Shown one piece after another: positions 44,969-53,019 of a stretch of DNA of 64,000 bases. The notes under the pieces were generated by a model. The model had not been told where the DNA came from, made no database searches, and was given only the letters and a program-made list of their open reading frames with translations. The stretch covers positions 10,580 through 74,579 of the forward strand of contig JBAZLK010000005.1 of assembly GCA_041650335.1 (NCBI GenBank), read 5' to 3'. Numbering within the stretch: the stretch's first letter is position 1; each line of letters begins with the position of its first letter. A program made the position numbers and the translations under genes. This DNA is from Patescibacteria group bacterium. GTDB taxonomy: Bacteria > Patescibacteriota > Patescibacteriia > JAHIZJ01.

Positions 44969-46018
44969 ATGTCCTTCTCTATTGGCATCGTCGGCTTGCC
45001 GAATGTCGGGAAATCAACCCTTTTTCAGGCCTTAACAAAGAAACAGGTTGATACTTCGAATTACCCATTTGCCACGATCGATCCGAACGTCGGCGTGGTG
45101 GCCGTGCCGGATGACCGCTTGGAGCAACTCGCTACCATGAGCCATTCGGCGAAAATCGTGCCGACCGCGATTGAGTTTTATGATATCGCCGGCCTGGTCA
45201 AAGGCGCCTCTCAGGGCGAGGGTTTAGGCAATAAATTTCTCAGTCATATTCGCGAGGTCGACGCCATCTGCCACGTTGTCCGGTCGTTTTCTGATCCGAA
45301 CGTGGTTCACGTCGCCGGCAAGATCGATCCAGCGTCAGATCAACAAACAATCCTATACGAATTGGCCATGGCCGATCTGGAACAAGTCAGTCGGGCGCTG
45401 GAGGCATCGGAAGGCAAAGCGCGAACGGGCGATAAAGATTCGATAAAGCTCGTTCAGACGCTTGAAAAGGTAAAAACCGTACTTGACCAAGGCGCGCTGG
45501 CCTTAACAGCATCATTAACAGATGACGAGCGTGCGATCCTGAAATCATTTAACTTGCTTACGCTCAAGCCGATTTTGACAGTGTTGAACGTTGATGAAAA
45601 GGATAACGAACAATCGGGAAATCAGATCAAAATATCCGTTCGGCTGGAATCAGAATTAGCCGGCTTTTCCCCGACGGAAGCAAAAACCTATTTAGATGAG
45701 CTCGGCTGGAAAGAAAGCGGCCTTGACCGTCTCATCCGGGCCAGCTATGAGTTGCTCGGTTTGATCACGTATTTTACGACCGGACCGGACGAAACCCGGG
45801 CCTGGACGATTCATCAGGGAACAAAAGCCCCGCAGGCGGCGGGCGTGATCCACACGGATTTCGAAAAAGGCTTTATCCGCGCCGAGGTGATCAACTGGAA
45901 AGAGTTGCTGGAGGCCGGTTCAGAGACAAACGCGAAGGCCAAAGGCCTCATGCGGATGGAAGGGAAGGAATACGTCTTTCAGGACGGGGATGTCGCCGTG
46001 TTTCATTTCAGTTCATAA
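44969..46018 (+). CDS. ychF: Ribosome-binding ATPase YchF/OLA1
   Basis: MSFSIGIVGLPNVGKSTLF and FATIDPNVGVVAVPD. The C-terminal TGS domain ends GDVAVFHFSS. Confidence 0.9.
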   Translation: MSFSIGIVGLPNVGKSTLFQALTKKQVDTSNYPFATIDPNVGVVAVPDDRLEQLATMSHSAKIVPTAIEFYDIAGLVKGASQGEGLGNKFLSHIREVDAICHVVRSFSDPNVVHVAGKIDPASDQQTILYELAMADLEQVSRALEASEGKARTGDKDSIKLVQTLEKVKTVLDQGALALTASLTDDERAILKSFNLLTLKPILTVLNVDEKDNEQSGNQIKISVRLESELAGFSPTEAKTYLDELGWKESGLDRLIRASYELLGLITYFTTGPDETRAWTIHQGTKAPQAAGVIHTDFEKGFIRAEVINWKELLEAGSETNAKAKGLMRMEGKEYVFQDGDVAVFHFSS

Positions 46019-46118
46019 TACAGTTTCTTGTGAAAGTGTACTGCTGCGCCGATTGCAGTTTTTTTATTTTTTCGATATGATTTATTAGTTCCAGATCTAT
46101 CTTCGAAACCGGGAGCAC

Positions 46119-46727
46119 ATGGAGGGAACCGTGTTGCACATCCTTTTCCGCAGAGCCCGTCTCGTATTCACGGCTTTAGTGGCGCTGGCCTTGGTCGCGC
46201 TGGTCATCGGTGCGGTGGCGTACTACATTAATCTTCAGGAGCGCCCCCCGGTCAAATACCAGTATGATCAAGCGAGCAACCTTCCTGATTCGGTGAAGGT
46301 TTCGCAATCCGTCGATACCGCGGACGTCGAGCCGGACAGCGTGGAGATCTACCATAGTAATCCCTGGTTTGCTGGTGCCGAACTGACATTCACAACGGCG
46401 GTCGGGAGTGCAACGGCGTGTTTTCCGGAGAAAATCGTAAAAGATGAAGACGGCTGGATCGAAACGGAAAGCATTATCTTCGCCAACCCCGGGCACATGC
46501 GCGATGGCTGGACATTGGATGTCCGGTATTGGCATGGTCGCCGTCACGTCGTGTTCCGAAGTCAGCGTACCGGGCAGAGGGATCAACTGTCGATCCATCT
46601 CTATATCAGTGCGTCAGGCCGAGCGCCGCGTTTGTACATGAATTACGTTTGTGACTCTCAGGGGCGGGAGATTATCCTGCTGTCGGCAAGGCCACGACAG
46701 CCATCACAGATCATTGCCGCGATCTAA
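46119..46727 (+). CDS. hypothetical membrane-anchored protein (N-terminal TM, 202 aa)
   Basis: ORF with its own RBS and a strong terminator (46716-46746) whose loop contains the stop codon. No known motif. Confidence 0.5.
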   Translation: MEGTVLHILFRRARLVFTALVALALVALVIGAVAYYINLQERPPVKYQYDQASNLPDSVKVSQSVDTADVEPDSVEIYHSNPWFAGAELTFTTAVGSATACFPEKIVKDEDGWIETESIIFANPGHMRDGWTLDVRYWHGRRHVVFRSQRTGQRDQLSIHLYISASGRAPRLYMNYVCDSQGREIILLSARPRQPSQIIAAI

Positions 46728-46746
46728 CCATCGCGGCCTTTTATTT
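46716..46746 (+). terminator. rho-independent terminator (gccgcgat-ctaacc-atcgcggc + cttttattt)
   Basis: 8-bp perfect stem followed by a T-run. Confidence 0.7.
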
Positions 46747-46771
46747 GCGAGGCGGGTAGTTGAGGAGGTTC

Positions 46772-46799
46772 TTGACAAGGTTTCAAAAAAGAATACTAT
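46772..46799 (+). promoter_or_regulatory. sigma70-like promoter TTGACA-16-TACTAT
   Basis: Followed by a GGGGGGGGAG RBS before the ATG at 46874. Confidence 0.5.
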
Positions 46800-46873
46800 A
46801 TTTTCACCCGGCGGCAACTAGGCTGACTGGGCCTTGTATAAGGCAGGTAGGCCAAACTCGCGGTCTGGTATAA

Positions 46874-47683
46874 ATGGGGGGGGGAGTAATTGTCATGAAA
46901 GCAACCGACTGGCGGACAGTGCTCATGGTCTGGTGGTACTATCTTATGGCATTTATTCCGGGCGCACCTCGAATCGGCACGTTGGCTGAAGCAGTCTGCA
47001 TCTTCGTCCAGAGCTTCGGGCGGAATATGCTCGATGATGACATCCTGAACCGGGTGATCTGGGGATTGAGACAGAACTTCGGCTTTCAGGATGAGGCGGT
47101 GTTTGACGAGATGGTGCGTCGAGGCTACGAGCCGGGTGCGTCGAATCGCGCCCTCGCTCGGCACGCTGTGTGTCTGGCCAAGCGCTATTTGATCCCGATC
47201 ATTTCCCAGTGGGAGGTGGTCTACGCCATCTACCTGATGGATCCGGGGTGGTACCGGGCGAATGCGAACAACATCGACGCGGTCTGGCCGCCACACGAAG
47301 GGTATTTCGCGACCTACCACGTGAAGGAACAGTCGCGCGAGAGGATGCGTTGTCGTCGTTTAACCGGTCGACCGATCGAGCTTGCCCATCCGGCAATGCT
47401 CATCCGGGCCGTTCCCATTCTATGGAAGCTCGGGCTCAATCCGATCGTGGAATCTGTTTCCTGGCACGCGTTCTGGAAGCATGAACTGTGGGTATGGGAC
47501 GGCGACTCCATCCAGCCCTGGACGCGCGGGTTCGCTCATTGGCTCAACCGAGAGATCATCTTCGGAAGAATACTCCATCTGGTGATGGCAGTGCTGCCGG
47601 CCTGGTTCCATGGTCGGATACCGCTCGGTTTACGCCAGCGACTGCCAGGACGCTGGCTGGCTTTCCGTCCAGCCGTCGCCTGA
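46874..47683 (+). CDS. hypothetical Trp-rich protein (269 aa)
   Basis: ORF with a promoter-like element and G-rich RBS, followed by a terminator-like hairpin at 47709-47738. No known motif. Confidence 0.5.
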   Translation: MGGGVIVMKATDWRTVLMVWWYYLMAFIPGAPRIGTLAEAVCIFVQSFGRNMLDDDILNRVIWGLRQNFGFQDEAVFDEMVRRGYEPGASNRALARHAVCLAKRYLIPIISQWEVVYAIYLMDPGWYRANANNIDAVWPPHEGYFATYHVKEQSRERMRCRRLTGRPIELAHPAMLIRAVPILWKLGLNPIVESVSWHAFWKHELWVWDGDSIQPWTRGFAHWLNREIIFGRILHLVMAVLPAWFHGRIPLGLRQRLPGRWLAFRPAVA

Positions 47684-47838
47684 ACAGTCAGAACCGACGT
47701 TTATTGAACCCCCTCTATCAATCGGTGGAGGGTTTTTCATGCAAGTTTTCCACTTTTATCGTTCAGTCATTAGGTATATTCTAGCAGTGACGGATCTGAT
47801 CGCCCTTTTCACCGTGAGACTCGCGGAAGGGCGGTTTT

Positions 47839-48060
47839 TTGTACGGAAAGCACCAGGGGGTACTCATGAAAGATCATCGGCCGCCTGTCAGGATCACGCA
47901 ACAAGTGTTGAGGGACAGCAGGCACTTCCGCGCGCTGGTCTATATCGACTCAGGCTGCGCACGTCATCAGCTTTCCCTGCTGCTCGTCAAGGCAAAACGC
48001 CACCTGCGGCCGAGACAGTTCTCTCAATCCACGTACGCGAGAGCACAGCACAACGGCTAA
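47839..48060 (+). CDS. small hypothetical basic protein (64-73 aa)
   Basis: A strong SD AGGGGG lies 5 nt before the ATG at 47866 (MKDHRPPVRITQQVL...). A strong terminator follows at 48091-48127. Confidence 0.4.
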   Translation: MYGKHQGVLMKDHRPPVRITQQVLRDSRHFRALVYIDSGCARHQLSLLLVKAKRHLRPRQFSQSTYARAQHNG

Positions 48061-48090
48061 CGCTTTCAAAACGAGCGCCCGCCGATCATC

Positions 48091-48127
48091 GGGGAGAGGC
48101 AATCGCCTCACCCCGTTTTATTTTTTT
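48091..48127 (+). terminator. strong rho-independent terminator (ggggagaggc-aatc-gcctcacccc + gttttattttttt)
   Basis: 10-bp stem with 1 mismatch followed by a long T-run. It overlaps the 3' end of the convergent methyltransferase gene. Confidence 0.7.
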
Positions 48128-49313
48128 GAAACACGAATATTTCACGGACGACACGCTGGTCGCTCCGTTGGTAGACGAATGGTTGTATCGAAACCCAGCT
48201 TGGATAAACGACGCGCTGGAGCGCCTTTGGAATAATTGTGGCGGGAAGCTGCAGCCAGCCGCGCCCCGTTTTCCAGCGGGGGAAGACAATAACAACCCGG
48301 CCGCCGGGTTTTACGACGCGCTGGATACTTATAAAGGCGGCTTGGTAGAGAGCTTGAATTTGCTCAAAGGCCCGATCGAGCTCTCGAGATTCAGGTGGCA
48401 GGTGCGCCGGTCCAAGAAAGGGCTCGGTAATAACCGCATCGATTGAGGCCGCCGGGAAGAGCTGGTCGAGCGAACGAACATCGAGCGCGCGCAGCAACAA
48501 CTCAGCCGGTTGGAGGCGGTATTGGCGCTCAAGCCAGGCCAGATTTTCGCGCGAGTCGGCAATCGCCTTTGGATTGTTGTCAGTACCAGTCAGGCGGGTG
48601 TAGTCAAGAAGCCTCGCTTCCTGGAGAATAGTGCCTGAGCCGCAGAACGGATCAAGCAGCGCGGCGGACAAAGGGCATTGCGCCAAGTTGATCATCAGGC
48701 GGGCCAGTTTTGGAGGCAACATACCCTGCCGCATACTGCGCTCAGGTCGGCCGTAATCGCGCTCGCTATATTCCGCGTACTCTTGTACTGCTAATGTTTT
48801 TCCAAGAGCCAGGGTTTCCGGCTGTGTCTCAAGTAGAACGATTTCGCCCCCCTTTTCAATTAACTTGTTTTTATCGACAATTACGGATGAGAGCGGATTT
48901 TGCCGGCTCTGGACCCAGCGCGCCGACCGACCGTCTTGAGCCAGCGTTTTTTTCAGCGACAAACCGATCTGACGCAGCTGTAGCGCCGTAAAAATAGGCC
49001 TCGTCGAATAATAGCTGAGACCAAAGACAACCCGTTCGGTAAAAATGAGTAGTTGCCCAAGTAGGTCCGGCGAAACCAATTTTTGCTGAAGCTGGTGGCG
49101 ATTCACGGAGGTTACCAGCGCCCCGATTTTTATGGTACCGCCAAGTTTTCTCAGAAACGTCGCCGGCTCAAACGGACCATCAAGGTCAAGGAGGCAAAAT
49201 TGATCGGATGAAAAAACATGGCGGAATTGAATCGATTCCAGCGACAAGCGGCTATAGATTTCCGCCCGGCTGAGCGCCGGATTTCGGCCGAGAATAAAGA
49301 AAAAAGTGTTCAC
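48108..49313 (-). CDS. THUMP-domain RNA (guanine-N2/adenine-N6)-methyltransferase, UPF0020 / Trm14-RlmL-like
   Basis: N-terminal MNTFFFILGRNPALSRAEI is typical of the family. DPFCGSGTIL is SAM motif I, and ITEPFLG is a variant of the DPPY catalytic motif. Confidence 0.7.
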   Translation of the reverse strand: MNTFFFILGRNPALSRAEIYSRLSLESIQFRHVFSSDQFCLLDLDGPFEPATFLRKLGGTIKIGALVTSVNRHQLQQKLVSPDLLGQLLIFTERVVFGLSYYSTRPIFTALQLRQIGLSLKKTLAQDGRSARWVQSRQNPLSSVIVDKNKLIEKGGEIVLLETQPETLALGKTLAVQEYAEYSERDYGRPERSMRQGMLPPKLARLMINLAQCPLSAALLDPFCGSGTILQEARLLDYTRLTGTDNNPKAIADSRENLAWLERQYRLQPAELLLRALDVRSLDQLFPAASIDAVITEPFLGPAHLPPESRELDRAFEQIQALYQAAFISIQRVVKPGGRVVIVFPRWKTGRGWLQLPATIIPKALQRVVYPSWVSIQPFVYQRSDQRVVREIFVFQKNKTG

Positions 49314-49427
49314 GAAATAACCCTTGATTAATTTACAAAGCTATGATAAGGTAGGAAAGAAGCAGGCGAGGCTACGTAAATTCGCCTCCTCTATCTTACC
49401 ACTAATTCGGAAAATAGACGTACTCAC

Positions 49428-49895
49428 ATGACGAAACGCTACGAACTTCTGTATCTCATCCCGGCCTCGGTGAATGAGAACGACCTGCCGACGATAACGG
49501 GAAAAATATCCAAAATTATCTCCGGTCTCGGCGGAAAAATAGAGTCTGACGAACTCTGGGCCAAGCGTAAACTCAACTACCCGATCAAGCGTCAGGCGCA
49601 TGCGTATTATTGGAAGGTGCTCTATGAAGCACCAACCGCCACTAATGCGAAAATCGGACGCGAACTCCGCTTATTGCCGGAAATCATCCGTTACCTTATT
49701 GCTGAACCGACACCGGCTCCACCGCCGCCCCGCGAGCCAATACCGGCCCAACCGGTCATCGTCGAAAAGCCGGCCTTACCGTCAATCAGAAAAACACCGT
49801 CCCCGAAAAAGGACATCAAGGAAGAGAAGGTCAGCCTTGAGGAACTCGACCGAAAACTCGACGAGATTCTTGACGACGGCATGAACGGTAGCTAA
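49428..49895 (+). CDS. rpsF: 30S ribosomal protein S6 (with basic/Pro-rich C-terminal extension)
   Basis: MTKRYELLYLIPASVNENDL...YYWKVLYEAP. rpsF-ssb-rpsR order. Confidence 0.85.
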   Translation: MTKRYELLYLIPASVNENDLPTITGKISKIISGLGGKIESDELWAKRKLNYPIKRQAHAYYWKVLYEAPTATNAKIGRELRLLPEIIRYLIAEPTPAPPPPREPIPAQPVIVEKPALPSIRKTPSPKKDIKEEKVSLEELDRKLDEILDDGMNGS

Positions 49896-49912
49896 TTACT
49901 TAGTATTTCGAT

Positions 49913-50353
49913 ATGCGTAGTCTCAATAAAGTTCTCCTGATCGGCAATCTCACCCGCGATCCCGAAGCGCGTTCGACCCCGAATGGACAATCGGTCGCGA
50001 ATTTCGGCATGGCGACCAACCGCGTCTGGCAAGACCGGCAGACCGGAGAAAAAAAAGAAGCCGTTGAATTCCACAACCTCGTGGCTTGGGGGAAGCTGGC
50101 CGACATGTGCAGTCAGTATCTCCACAAAGGCAGTCGCGTTTATGTCGAAGGCCGGCTTCAAACGCGTTCCTGGGACGACCCATCCGGTGTGAAGAAATAT
50201 CGCACTGAAATCATATTGGATAGTATGATTATGCTTGATCGAGCGAGTGCGGACGGGTCAAGCCCGGCCGCGCCTGCGCCTGAGAAATCAGCGGCCGCCA
50301 GCGAAACCCCGCCGCCAGAAGAAGAAATCAGTGTTGAAGACATACCATTTTAA
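49913..50353 (+). CDS. ssb: Single-stranded DNA-binding protein
   Basis: OB-fold N-terminus [14 protein letters not shown] and an acidic C-terminal tail ending DIPF. Confidence 0.9.
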   Translation: MRSLNKVLLIGNLTRDPEARSTPNGQSVANFGMATNRVWQDRQTGEKKEAVEFHNLVAWGKLADMCSQYLHKGSRVYVEGRLQTRSWDDPSGVKKYRTEIILDSMIMLDRASADGSSPAAPAPEKSAAASETPPPEEEISVEDIPF

Positions 50354-50364
50354 AACCCTATTCT

Positions 50365-50583
50365 ATGCCTGAAACAATCAAGGAAAAAACGTGTCATTTC
50401 TGCGCCCACGGCTACAGCGAGATCGATTATAAAGACGTGCAGACGCTCCAGCGCTTTATTTCATCGTACGCAAAAATATTGCCGCGCAAACGAACTGGCA
50501 CCTGCGCTAAGCATCAACGCAAATTGGCCACGGCCGTAAAACGAGCGCGGCAGGTTTCGCTTTTACCGACGACGGGGCGCTAG
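50365..50583 (+). CDS. rpsR: 30S ribosomal protein S18
   Basis: [39 protein letters not shown]. Confidence 0.88.
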   Translation: MPETIKEKTCHFCAHGYSEIDYKDVQTLQRFISSYAKILPRKRTGTCAKHQRKLATAVKRARQVSLLPTTGR

Positions 50584-50584
50584 T

Positions 50585-51145
50585 ATGCTGGGTATGAACG
50601 ACTTGGCCATCGGCGTCGTTTTTAAATACCGCGACGCCCCGCACGTGGTGATGCGCGCTGATCACGTCCAGATGGGTCGGGGCAGCGCCGTCCTGCGGAC
50701 AAAAATACGGAACCTGATCACCGGTCAGGTTTTTGACGTTACCTATAAGGGCGGCGACAAGCTTGAAGAGGCTCAGCTTGAGCGCCGGCCGGCCACATAT
50801 CTTTACCATGACGACGAGGGTTACCATTTCATGGATACCCAGTCATATGAGCAATTTACTCTGCTCGACTCAGCGGTCGGTGACAAGGGCCTGTATCTCT
50901 GTGAAAACGCCGATACTGATATTCTCACTTTTGAGGGTAAACCAGTGTCGCTTCAATTGCCGAAGAAAGTGGTGTTAACGGTCGTGGAAACGGCGCCCGG
51001 CATCCGGGGCGATACGGCCCAGGGAAGCGTCAACAAACCGGCCAAATTAAATTCCGGGGTGACCGTGAATGTTCCATTGTTTGTGAAGCAAGGCGATCAA
51101 ATACGCGTGAATACGGACACCGGACAATACGTCGAACGGGTGTAA
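50585..51145 (+). CDS. efp: Elongation factor P
   Basis: KYRDAPHVVMRADHVQMGRGSAVLRTKIRNLITG in a three-domain EF-P. Start possibly at 50597. Confidence 0.88.
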   Translation: MLGMNDLAIGVVFKYRDAPHVVMRADHVQMGRGSAVLRTKIRNLITGQVFDVTYKGGDKLEEAQLERRPATYLYHDDEGYHFMDTQSYEQFTLLDSAVGDKGLYLCENADTDILTFEGKPVSLQLPKKVVLTVVETAPGIRGDTAQGSVNKPAKLNSGVTVNVPLFVKQGDQIRVNTDTGQYVERV

Positions 51146-51252
51146 GTAAGAAAGAATTTTAAATTCAAAATTCAGAATTAGTAATGACGGAATTTCTCTG
51201 ATGAGAACTCATTATATTGTAGACAAAAAATAGAACAGTTACATAATACGAA

Positions 51253-51281
51253 AAGCGGCCGGAAAGGCCGCTTTTTTTGTA
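51253..51281. terminator. bidirectional terminator (aaaagcggcc-ggaaa-ggccgc-ttttttt) between efp and recA
   Basis: Perfect 6-bp GC stem with an A-run and a T-run. Confidence 0.65.
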
Positions 51282-51294
51282 TATCGAGTTTGAT

Positions 51295-52302
51295 TTATGC
51301 TTTTCCGACCTGAGCCAACACGGCTTTTCGAATGTCGGCCATGACGTTAGGATTCTTTCTTAATTCTTGCCGGGCCGCTTCCCGTCCGACGCCCAGTTTC
51401 CGGTCACCGAAGGAATACGAATTGCCTGATTTGGCGATCACGCCGAACTTTAAGCCGGCGTCAAGAATGTCGCCGCTGAGGGAAATACCCTCGTTATACA
51501 TGATGTCGAATTCGGTCGTTCGGAAAGGCGCCGCCACCTTATTTTTTACAATCTTTACCTTAACGCGATTGCCAATGACCTCGTCGGCCAATTTCAACTG
51601 CGCGGCCCGACGGACCTCAATCCGAACCGATGAATAAAACTTCAAAGCATTTCCACCCGGCGTCGTTTCCGGGTTGCCGAACATGACGCCGATTTTCATG
51701 CGGATCTGGTTGATGAAAATGACGACGGTCTTGCTCTTGCTGATCACGCCGGCCAGTTTCCGAAGCGCCTGGCTCATCAATCTGGCCTGGAGGCCCATAT
51801 GCTGGTCGCCCATTTCGCCTTCAATTTCCGCCCGAGGCGTCAAGGCGGCCACTGAGTCAATAACGATGATATCGACGGAATTTGACCGGACGAGCGTTTC
51901 GACGATTTCCAGTGCCTGTTCGCCCGTGTCCGGCTGTGAAATGAGCAGGTCGTCGATGTTTACCCCGATTTTCTTTGCGTAATCGGGATCGAGGGCGTGC
52001 TCAGCGTCAACAAACGCGGCCACGCCGCCAAGTTTTTGCGCCTCCGCAACGATGTGTTGCGCCAGCGTAGTTTTTCCCGATGATTCCGGTCCGTAGATTT
52101 CGATAACCCGGCCACGGGGGACGCCGCCGACGCCCAGGGCGAGGTCGAGAGTTAAACAACCGGTTGGAATCACCTCAACGTTCATGCGCTTGGCTTCGCC
52201 GAGTCGCATGATGGCGCCATCGCCAAAGCGTTCTTTAATGTGGTCGACCGCTGCTTGCGCGGACTTGATTTTGTCCGCAATGACTGTGGATTTTTTAGCC
52301 AT
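51295..52302 (-). CDS. recA: Recombinase RecA
   Basis: Walker [15 protein letters not shown], and the L1/L2 region [29 protein letters not shown]. Confidence 0.93.
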   Translation of the reverse strand: MAKKSTVIADKIKSAQAAVDHIKERFGDGAIMRLGEAKRMNVEVIPTGCLTLDLALGVGGVPRGRVIEIYGPESSGKTTLAQHIVAEAQKLGGVAAFVDAEHALDPDYAKKIGVNIDDLLISQPDTGEQALEIVETLVRSNSVDIIVIDSVAALTPRAEIEGEMGDQHMGLQARLMSQALRKLAGVISKSKTVVIFINQIRMKIGVMFGNPETTPGGNALKFYSSVRIEVRRAAQLKLADEVIGNRVKVKIVKNKVAAPFRTTEFDIMYNEGISLSGDILDAGLKFGVIAKSGNSYSFGDRKLGVGREAARQELRKNPNVMADIRKAVLAQVGKA

Positions 52303-52329
52303 AGGTGTATGTGTTATGCTCCGTGCCGC

Positions 52330-53016
52330 TTAAATATTTTTTACTAAGACCTGACGGTAGATGGTGGTTGGTTTCCCGCGATTTTTTGTCGCGATGATTT
52401 CAATAATATTAACACCCTCCTGTAGATTAACAACCTCGCGGAACTGACCAGCCTGACTGGTAACGACGACTTGCCCGTTGATGGTCACTTTGGCGCCTGA
52501 TTCGACTTGTCCGGCAACGACCACCGAACGTTCCTGGGTGATCACATTGTTTGTCGGTTCAGTCACTGAAAGTGTCGGGGGCGCCATGGATTTGTAAACG
52601 GTCAGGCCGAGGTAGGTAAAACAAGCAAGAAAAACGAGGCCGATCAGTAATCGTCGAATGAGTTTTGGCGTGATGGCAATACGAAACCCAGGGAGCCGCG
52701 GTAGTGAGCGGAGCGGTCGGGCCGCCGGGCGGCCGGAGCGTTCGAGTAAGGTACGCTCTTTATCAAATAGCTGAAGCACCGACACGGGATTAAGCTGGAG
52801 ATACACGGCGTACCGTTTCACAAAATTACGTGCGTAGACTTCACTGGGGAGTAGTCCGTACGAGCTTGTTTCAAGCGCTTCCAGATAGGTCTGTTGAATA
52901 CCGGTGTCCCGCGCGACGCGATCAAGGGGAATACTGGCGTCCTCACGAACTGCCCGCAAGCGTTCGCCCAACGTTTTTGTGCCTGAGAGTGGTTTTTTTT
53001 GAAAAGAAACCGCCAT
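52330..53016 (-). CDS. rodZ: RodZ-like cytoskeleton protein (HTH + TM + DUF4115-like C-terminus)
   Basis: N-terminal HTH LGERLRAVREDASIPLDRVARDTGIQQTYLEALE, a central TM helix and a C-terminal beta domain. Confidence 0.6.
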   Translation of the reverse strand: MAVSFQKKPLSGTKTLGERLRAVREDASIPLDRVARDTGIQQTYLEALETSSYGLLPSEVYARNFVKRYAVYLQLNPVSVLQLFDKERTLLERSGRPAARPLRSLPRLPGFRIAITPKLIRRLLIGLVFLACFTYLGLTVYKSMAPPTLSVTEPTNNVITQERSVVVAGQVESGAKVTINGQVVVTSQAGQFREVVNLQEGVNIIEIIATKNRGKPTTIYRQVLVKNI

Positions 53017-53019
53017 GGT

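Noticed and set aside
46100-48100. GC-rich genomic island hypothesis for the hypothetical gene trio
   Set aside because: Hand-sampled GC is ~55-58% against ~50-53% elsewhere. That is too small a difference to claim horizontal transfer without computation, so it is recorded only as a mild deviation inside the finding.
47610-48446. 278-aa plus-strand ORF overlapping the methyltransferase gene by ~340 nt
   Set aside because: The minus-strand methyltransferase is supported to full length by family-typical N- and C-terminal motifs. The plus ORF starts inside the upstream gene, spans a terminator hairpin at 47709-47738 and continues past the strong terminator at 48091-48127. Only the internal small ORF 47839-48060 was kept.
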